64,000 bases of DNA from Tetramitus jugosus (lineage: Eukaryota > Protista > Heterolobosea), in the NCBI GenBank assembly GCA_937625935.1, contig OW569353.1, positions 62,001-126,000 of the forward strand, read 5' to 3'. Below the pieces are notes generated by a model. It saw only the letters and a list, made by a program, of their open reading frames with translations. It was not told where the DNA came from and made no database searches. The first letter of the stretch is position 1. The number at the start of each line of letters is the position of its first letter. Positions 23,501 through 32,500 of this stretch are shown one piece after another. The position numbers and the translations under genes were made by a program.

Positions 23501-26500
23501 ATTCTCAATAGCTAGTGAAGCTAGTCGCTACGCCCTGACAGTCAATGGTTTCTCTTACGACTCAAACTATTGGATAGGTGACGGTTTAATTTCAACCGTT
23601 AACCCTCTTGGTTTAGACTCTGTCCACCCGCAGTTGGATACTTGTGGAAACAATCAAGACGGTATGAATCCCAAAGATAGTCTCGGAAATCAGAATGCTG
23701 CTTCATTCAGCACCTATGATAGAGACAATGATGGTTACTATTACCAACACATGGCAAACTACTATGGTGCTGGTTGGTGGTGGAGCAGCAGTGGAAATGT
23801 TTACTCAAATCTCAACGGCGCTTACAAGAATGGCACATATGCTGGAATCACCAATGGTATCATTTGGCCAGCATTGAAGAACACTGCTTCATATTCGATG
23901 CCATACACTGTGATGAAGATTCGACCTCGTTCATTCAACTGCAAGAACTCTACTTTCAGTTGCAGTGGTCATGGTGATTGTGATCAATATTTAGACAATG
24001 TTTCGGCTCAATCCATCTCTGAATACAAGGATAAATGTATATGCCAAACAGGATTCAATGGCACTGATTGCTCCGATCATGAAGAAAGAACCTGCAATGG
24101 AATATCTTCTCAATCCACCAGTGTTTGTTCAGGAAAGGGACAATGTTCTGCCTACGACTCATGCACATGTGTATCTGGATACGCTGGTGCTTGGTGCGAG
24201 AGATCTATTTCTCTCGGAACGGATAGTACTTACCCTGGTCTAACTTGCTTCGATATTCATCGAGCAAATGTGTCATTGCCTTCTGGAGTGTATTGGATCA
24301 ATCCTTCCAGAACAGCCACTCCATACCAAGTGTATTGTGATATGGACGACAAAGATGTTAATGGCAATTCTGGTTGGACTGTTGTTCAGAGAAGAGAGCC
24401 AAACAGTGGCTGCTTCAGTTTTAATCAAGTATGGAACAACTACAGAGATGGATTTGGTGATTTGTCTAGCTCTCACTGGCTCGGAAATGACAGATTGTTT
24501 GACATCACTCAAAATGTTCCTTCACAATTAAGAGTCACGCTCTTGTACAAAGGTAGTTTATATAGCGCTGACTATCGTACCTTCGCTGTCGGTGCACAAG
24601 CTACGAAGTATAGATTAACTATCAGCGGATACTCGTACGAAGGATCACAGAATCCGAAGGACGGATTGAGCGCCCACAACGGAGCGTTATTCAGTACAAC
24701 AGATGCGGATAATGATGGATATTATTATCAACACATGGCAAACTACTATGGTGCTGGTTGGTGGTGGAGCAGCAGTGGAAATTTTTACTCCAATCTCAAT
24801 GGAGCTTACAAGAATGGAACATACACTGGAGTGACCAATGGTGTAGTCTGGTCCGGTTTTGGAACGAATCTCTATTCAATTCCTTCAGTTGTGATGAAGG
24901 TTAGACCAAGATCAGTGTCAGGCGTTTACGCATACAATTGCATGAATTCTACTGTATCATGCAACGGTAACGGTTTCTGTAACTCTGCTGATTCTTGCGC
25001 ATGTTTCGATGGATATTCTGGATCTTCTTGCAATACCACAAGAACATGTAATGGAGTCGTGTTTAAGGATAGTTCAGTATGCTCTGGTCGTGGCATATGT
25101 GTCGGCTTAAATCAATGTTCTTGCTCATCTCCCTTCGCTGGTGTCAATTGTGAGCAACAGGTATCATGTTTTGGTGTCCTGGCAAACAGTTCAAGCGTTT
25201 GTTCTGGAAAAGGATCTTGCGTATCTCAGGACAATTGTGCATGTTCCTTTGGATATAGTGGAGCGGATTGTTCCGCTGGTCAATGTTACAATGTTTCAGC
25301 AACAAGCTCTTCGGTATGTTCTGGTAATGGTCGCTGTGTAGATGGAGCTTGTCAATGCAATGCTGGTTATACCAAGGACCAATGTGAGGAAGTGATTTGT
25401 CATAACCAACACGCATCTAATCCTTTGGTTTGCTCTGGAAATGGTGTATGTACTTCTCCTGATGTCTGTACTTGTACTCTGGGATACACTGGATCAAACT
25501 GTGATGTTTCTACATGCCACGGTTTGGAAGAATCAGATATTCAAGTATGCAGCGGAAATGGAATCTGTGTATCAGCTGATACCTGCTCATGTGCAGATGG
25601 TTTCTCAGGCTCCAACTGTGAAATCATCAGATATTGTGATGGAATTGCTTTCAATAATGGTTCAGTTTGCTCTGCTCATGGAAGTTGCATCCATAACGGC
25701 AGCTGTTCTTGCTTGCCTGGATACTCAGGATTGAACTGTGAGCTTAATGTTTGCTTCAATCTGACAAGTAATGATCCACAAGTGTGTTCAGGTCATGGAT
25801 CTTGTGTAGGACCAAATACATGCGCATGTCAACCAGGTTTTGGTGGTTCCTGTTGTGGTGCCGCTAGAACATGTGGTGGTATTTTATTCACTGATCCAAA
25901 TGTCTGTGCAGGACATGGAGTTTGTATCAAGGAGGATATTTGCCAGTGTGAAGTAGGCCACGAGGGAAGATTCTGTGGTCGCACCAGAACTTGTGGAGGT
26001 TACAATTTCACTGATCCTGAAGTATGTAGCGGAAGAGGAGAGTGTGTAGCTACTGACATTTGTTCTTGTTCCGATGGATACAAGGGATTCTCATGTGAAC
26101 TTCCGGTATGTTTCAGTAAGGCTAGTGGTGACTCCAATGTTTGTTCTGGACGAGGAACATGCGTAGCACCTAATGTTTGCGAGTGTCTTCCTCAATACTC
26201 TGGAATGAACTGTGAACTGACCAAATGTTATGGAAAGAACAACACAGATCCTACTGTATGTTCTTCTAGAGGAACCTGCAAGACACCAGATACTTGTGTA
26301 TGCAATTCTGGATATGATGGAGATGAATGCGAGCTGATACTCTGTAACGGTATTGGTCATGACAATGTTGAAGTTTGTAATAGTAGAGGAAACTGTACTG
26401 CGCCAAACAAGTGTTCTTGTGATCCATCTTTCCGCTATGCAGGAAACGATTGTGAATCAGCAATATGCTACGGTAAATTCGGTAGTGGAGCCTGCAGTGC

Positions 26501-29500
26501 CCATGGTGTATGTGCTTCTCCAGACAATTGCGAGTGTAGTCAGGATTATAATGGTTATGACTGTAGTGTCCCACTCTGTTTTGGTTTGAATGCTACTGAT
26601 TCCGATGTTTGCTCTGACCGAGGTACATGTGTTCGTGCTAATACATGCAGTTGTAATGCTGGATATGGAGCACAGGACTGCAGTCAACCTGTTTGTTATG
26701 GAATCTTGGCAACTAGTTCTGCCGTGTGTAGTGGTGTGGGTTCATGTGAATCACCAAACAACTGTACTTGTACAAATGGATACTTCGGTGATCGATGTGA
26801 GCAGACAACATGTTTCGATATTCACTATCGCAACGAGTCAGTTTGTAGTTCTCATGGATCGTGCGTTCAGCATGATAGATGCTCTTGTAACTTTGGTTAC
26901 GTTGGTACTGAGTGCGAAACCTTAACTTGCTACGGTCTGAATTCAACAGATGAGCGAGTGTGTAGTGGTCAGGGAGCCTGTGTAGCACCTAACAAGTGTG
27001 AATGTTCTACAGGATACACTGGAGCAACTTGCTCCAGTCCAATTTGTTATGGAGTTGCAAGCACTTCGAGTGCTGTGTGTTCAGGTCATGGCTCATGCTC
27101 TTCTCCAAATCAATGCGAATGTATTTCGGGATATAGTGGAAATCAATGTCAATTCCCAAGTTGCTTCGGAAAGAACAGTACGGATTCTAATGTTTGTGAT
27201 GGTCACGGAGTTTGCGCTAGCAAGGACTCTTGTGCTTGCTCTCCCGGTTTTATTGGCTCTAATTGTGATCAAATGGCTTGCTTCCAAGTTGCAAGTCAAA
27301 GTGCAGGAGTTTGTAGTGGCAATGGAAGATGTATCGGTCCTAATACTTGTAAGTGTGATGCAGGATTCGCTGGAGCCAATTGTGAATCGATAACGTGCTT
27401 TGGAATTAATGAACGAAGTCCTCTGGTCTGTTCGGGTCATGGATCATGTGCAAATTTCGACTCTTGTGTCTGCCGCCCAGGTTTCTCTGGAGCAGACTGC
27501 AGCGTTGTTCAATGTTTCGGAGTAAACTCCACAGATAGTAATGCTTGCTCAGGAAGTGGAACTTGTTACGGTCCTAATACTTGCAGTTGTGCAACAGGAT
27601 ATCAAGGAGCAGATTGCTCCTATCCTGTATGCTTCGGTAGAAGATCAGACTCTATCAGAGCTTGTGGTGGTCATGGTGTTTGTGTTGGTGTTGATCAATG
27701 TGTGTGCCATCCATTCTACTCTGGTAAGGATTGTTCAGTAACGACATGCTCCTCGACCGCATCCAACGACTCATCAGTGTGTTCCGGACATGGTCAGTGT
27801 GTCGCCCATGATACATGTTCATGTGCCGACGGTTATTCTGGAAGCAATTGCGAAGAATTTTCTTGTAATGGATTGAAGCCAAATGATTCGAATGTCTGCG
27901 GAGGTCGAGGAACTTGTGTTGGAATTGATGAATGCCAATGCCACAATGGTACTTATGGAGACAATTGTCAATACCATTACTGCCAGGTACAATCTGCTCC
28001 TACTGCTTCCTACTGCTCCGGTAGAGGAAACTGTTCCCAGGATAATGTGTGTGACTGCTCTGGAGGATACTTCGGAGGTAATTGCGAGCACACCACCTGC
28101 AGGAACGTCAATTCCACTGATTCTGCTTCTGTTTGTTCTGGTCAGGGTAAATGCACAGCACTTGATACTTGCACTTGCAGAAATGGATACCTCGGAGGTA
28201 ATTGTGAAGTCCCTGTTTGTTTCGGAAAGTCGAATATAACTGACGCTCAAGTATGTGGTGGCAATGGTGATTGCACCAGTGCTAACAAGTGCTCTTGCTC
28301 TGAGGGTTACTCCGGACTTGAATGTGAGTATCCTGTGTGTTATGGAATAGAAGCTGATGAACGTTCAGCCTGTTCGGGTAGAGGATCATGCTCCTCTCCA
28401 AACAACTGCGAATGTGATGCTGGCTGGATTGGTCCTGATTGTTCTATTCCAACCTGTTTCAACATTAGCTCGACATCTTCGTCTGTTTGTTCTCGACACG
28501 GTCAATGTGTTGCCAAAGACTTCTGTTTCTGTAATTCAGGTTACACTGGCGCAGAATGTCAAATTCCAGTCTGCTATCATTGGCCAGCCAATGATCCTTC
28601 TGTTTGCTCGGCTCACGGAAATTGTACTGCTCCAGATCATTGTGTTTGCGAGGAAGGCTACTACGGTGATGACTGTTCAAGTGGAAATTCTTCCAACGAT
28701 ACTTACTGCTATGGTATTGAGAGCATCGATTCTCAAGTATGTTCTGGTAATGGTTTGTGTGTCGATAGTGACGTTTGTAACTGTTTCGAAGGATTCACTG
28801 GAAGTCAATGTCAAGAAGTAGTATGCTATGGATTGAGTCAGAATGATCCCGCCGTTTGTAACCAAAATGGATATTGTGCAGCTCCAGACACATGTGTCTG
28901 TACTTCAGACAACTTTGGTGGTGCTAATTGTTCAACACCAATTTGTAGTGAACGTCTGGCTGATGATCCATTGGTATGCTCAAGTAGGGGATCTTGCCTC
29001 GGTCCGAATGTGTGTGAATGTAATGAAGGTTACACGGGTGCAAATTGCGAGGAGTCAGCCTGTTCTGGTTGCTCTGGAAATGGATTCTGTGTCGCACCAT
29101 ATACTTGTGAGTGCTATGTTGGATGGGTGGGACAGGAATGCGATATTCCAGTATGTCACGGTTTGAATGCTTCTGATCCTGCTGTTTGTTCTGGTTTTGG
29201 TCGTTGCTCGGCCAACGGTTGTAATTGTTCCGATGGTCATGCTGGAGAGCAGTGTGAGCAAGTTGTTTGCTATGGCGAGAGATCAGATAGTCCAACCAGC
29301 TGTTATGGACATGGCATCTGTGTGGATGTTGATGTATGCCTCTGTGAAGAAGGATGGGTAGGAGATTGTTCAATTCCTGAATGCCATGGTGTGGATTCTC
29401 TCAATGAAACCTCATGCTCTGGATCTGGAACATGTATTGCACCTGATACTTGTAGCTGTAATTCAGGATTTGGAGGAAGTAGTTGCGAATATCCAATCTG

Positions 29501-32500
29501 TTTTGGTTTCAACTCTTCAGATGCTCGAGCCTGCTCTTCACACGGTACTTGCTCTGCTCCTGGAGCTTGCATTTGTATTGAAGGATGGAGTAGCCATGAT
29601 TGTAGTGTTCCTATTTGTCATGGAGTAGTGGCAACTGACTCTTCTGTTTGTAACGGTAATGGATCTTGTCTCGCTCCAGATATGTGCGAATGCAACTCAG
29701 GATATGCTCCAGACAACAATTGCCAGCAACCAATTTGTCATGGAGTAAATAGTGGTAATAGCTCCGTGTGCTCGGCTCATGGTTCTTGTATTAGTCCAGA
29801 TAACTGCGCATGTAGTTATGGATGGGTAGGATCTGATTGCTCTACTCCAATCTGCTTCCACAGAAATGCAACTGATGGTTTGGTCTGCAGTGGAAATGGT
29901 GTCTGTCAGTCGGTGGACAATTGTGAATGTGGAGAAGGATACTCGGGAACTGAGTGTTCAGTCCCTGTTTGCTTCGGCTTTAATGGTTCTGACTCTCAAT
30001 CATGCTCTTCTCACGGATCATGCGTTGAACCAAATAAGTGCTTATGTGAAGAAGGATATACAAACCTAGATTGTAGCACTCCTGTTTGCTTTGGTGCTGA
30101 ATCAACCAACTATTCCGTATGTTCTTACCATGGAGCGTGTGTCGATAAGGATACCTGCGATTGTGTAGAAGGATTCACTGGACAGAAATGTGAACTACCA
30201 GTTTGCTTCTCCAAGACCCTCTTGAATGACACTCTATGTTCCGGTCATGGAAACTGTGTTGAGCCAGACCTATGTCAATGTGAACAAGGTTTCACCGGAA
30301 TTGAATGTGAGTTGCCTGTATGCTATGGATTGTCTGGAGAAGGAGCTTGTTCTGAAAGAGGCTCATGTTCCGCACCAGATCAATGTACGTGCTCAGAAGG
30401 TTTCACTGGTGATCAGTGTGAATTGATAATTTGTCATGGATTGGACACATCAGATGCTAGCGTTTGCTCTGGTCATGGCGTGTGCTCCTCTCCCGATTTG
30501 TGCGAGTGCTCTGCTGGGTACAGAGGTGCTAATTGCTCTTTGCCTGTCTGTTTCAGTTTAGATAACACTCAGGACGGAGTTTGCTCGAACCATGGAACTT
30601 GTGAGTCTCCTAATACTTGTACTTGTGAAGAAAACTACACCGGAACGAATTGTCAGGTTCCAATATGTTTTGGATTCAATGCTACCTCCCCACAGGTTTG
30701 CTCAGGAAATGGTCGCTGTATATCTGCTGATCAATGCGTGTGCATGCCTGGTTACACCGATGTTGATTGCGATGAACCAATATGCTATGGACTCAATCAA
30801 TCTAATCCAAACTGCTGCTCAGGAAATGGTTTTTGTAACGCCCCAGACACTTGTATCTGTAATGATGGATACTATGGTCACGATTGCTCCCAATTCGATT
30901 GTTTCTATGTTGCGGGTAATTCATCTCGTGTCTGCAGTACTCACGGAAGCTGTGTTGACAAGGATACTTGTGTTTGTGAAGAGTTGTACTTCGGCGAAAA
31001 TTGTGAACAAACAACTTGCTATGGAATTAACTCCACAAATCCTAGTGTTTGTTCATCTCACGGTAGCTGCAAATACTTCGATTCTTGCCTGTGCTTGAAC
31101 GGAAGTTATACAGGTGATCAATGTGAACAAAGTATTTGCTTCGGTAAGAACTCTTCCGATAGCTCTGCATGTTCATCCCATGGAGACTGCGTTGCACCAA
31201 ACAATTGTCAATGCCACGAAGGATACATGGGTACAAAGTGCGATATTCCAATATGTTTCAATATTTCAGCTACTGAGGAGTCGGTGTGCTCTGGTCAAGG
31301 AAACTGTGTGTCTCCAAACATGTGTGAATGTGACACCGGTTATACTGGCGACCAATGTCAATTGAGTATTTGTTATGGAATCAACCAAACAGATCCTTCT
31401 GTTTGCTCTGGACACGGAGCTTGTATTGACCGTGACAACTGCTTATGTTCAAACGGATATGGATACACAGGAAGTCGATGTGATGTTCCAATTTGCTATG
31501 ATTTCTCAGGTTCTGATCCATATGTTTGTTCATCTCACGGAACTTGTGTTTCTCCAAGTCACTGTGAGTGCAAACCTGGTTACACAGGAAAGAATTGCCA
31601 ATTGAACATTTGTTATGGAGTCAACCAAACAAGTTGTGCTGTTGTTTGCTCTGGACATGGAGAATGCATAAGACCGGATACTTGTTCTTGCTCAAACGGA
31701 TATACAGGAATGGAATGTGAATCTCCTATTTGCTATGATGTCTCGAGCTCAGATCCAAATGTTTGTTCATCTCACGGAACTTGTGTTTCTCCAAATCAAT
31801 GTGAGTGCAAACCTGGTTACACAGGAAAGAATTGCCAATTGAACATTTGTTATGGAGTGAATGAAACAAGATTTGCAGATGTTTGTTCTGGACATGGAAA
31901 CTGTGTGTCTCCAAATAATTGCGAGTGCAAATCTGGTTACACCGGAAAGAATTGCCAATTGAACGTATGCTATGGAATCAATCAGACCAGTTGTTCAGTT
32001 TGTTCTGGACATGGAGAGTGCATCAGACCAGATACCTGCTCTTGCTCGAACGGATACACAGGATCTGACTGTAGTGTTCCAATTTGTAATGGTGTACTAG
32101 GAAATAGTCCAAACGTGTGCTCATCGCACGGTTCTTGCCAATCACCTGATAATTGCTCCTGCCGATCAGGATACACTGGAAGAAACTGTGAACTTGTCAG
32201 TTGTTTCGGTGTTGCTTCTGATAACGCTTTAGTATGTTCAGGTCAAGGTCAATGCATGAATCCAAATCAATGCGAGTGTTCTTCAGGATGGACAGGATCT
32301 AAGTGCGATATTCCGATATGCTACGATATCAATGGCACAAGTATTAATGTTTGCTCGGGTCATGGTCAATGCATGAATCCAAATCAATGCCAATGTTCTC
32401 CAGGATGGACAGGATTGAAGTGTGACATTCCAGTGTGCTATGGTATTAACGGTACAAGTTCATATGCCTGTTCAGGTCATGGTCAATGCATGAATCCAAA

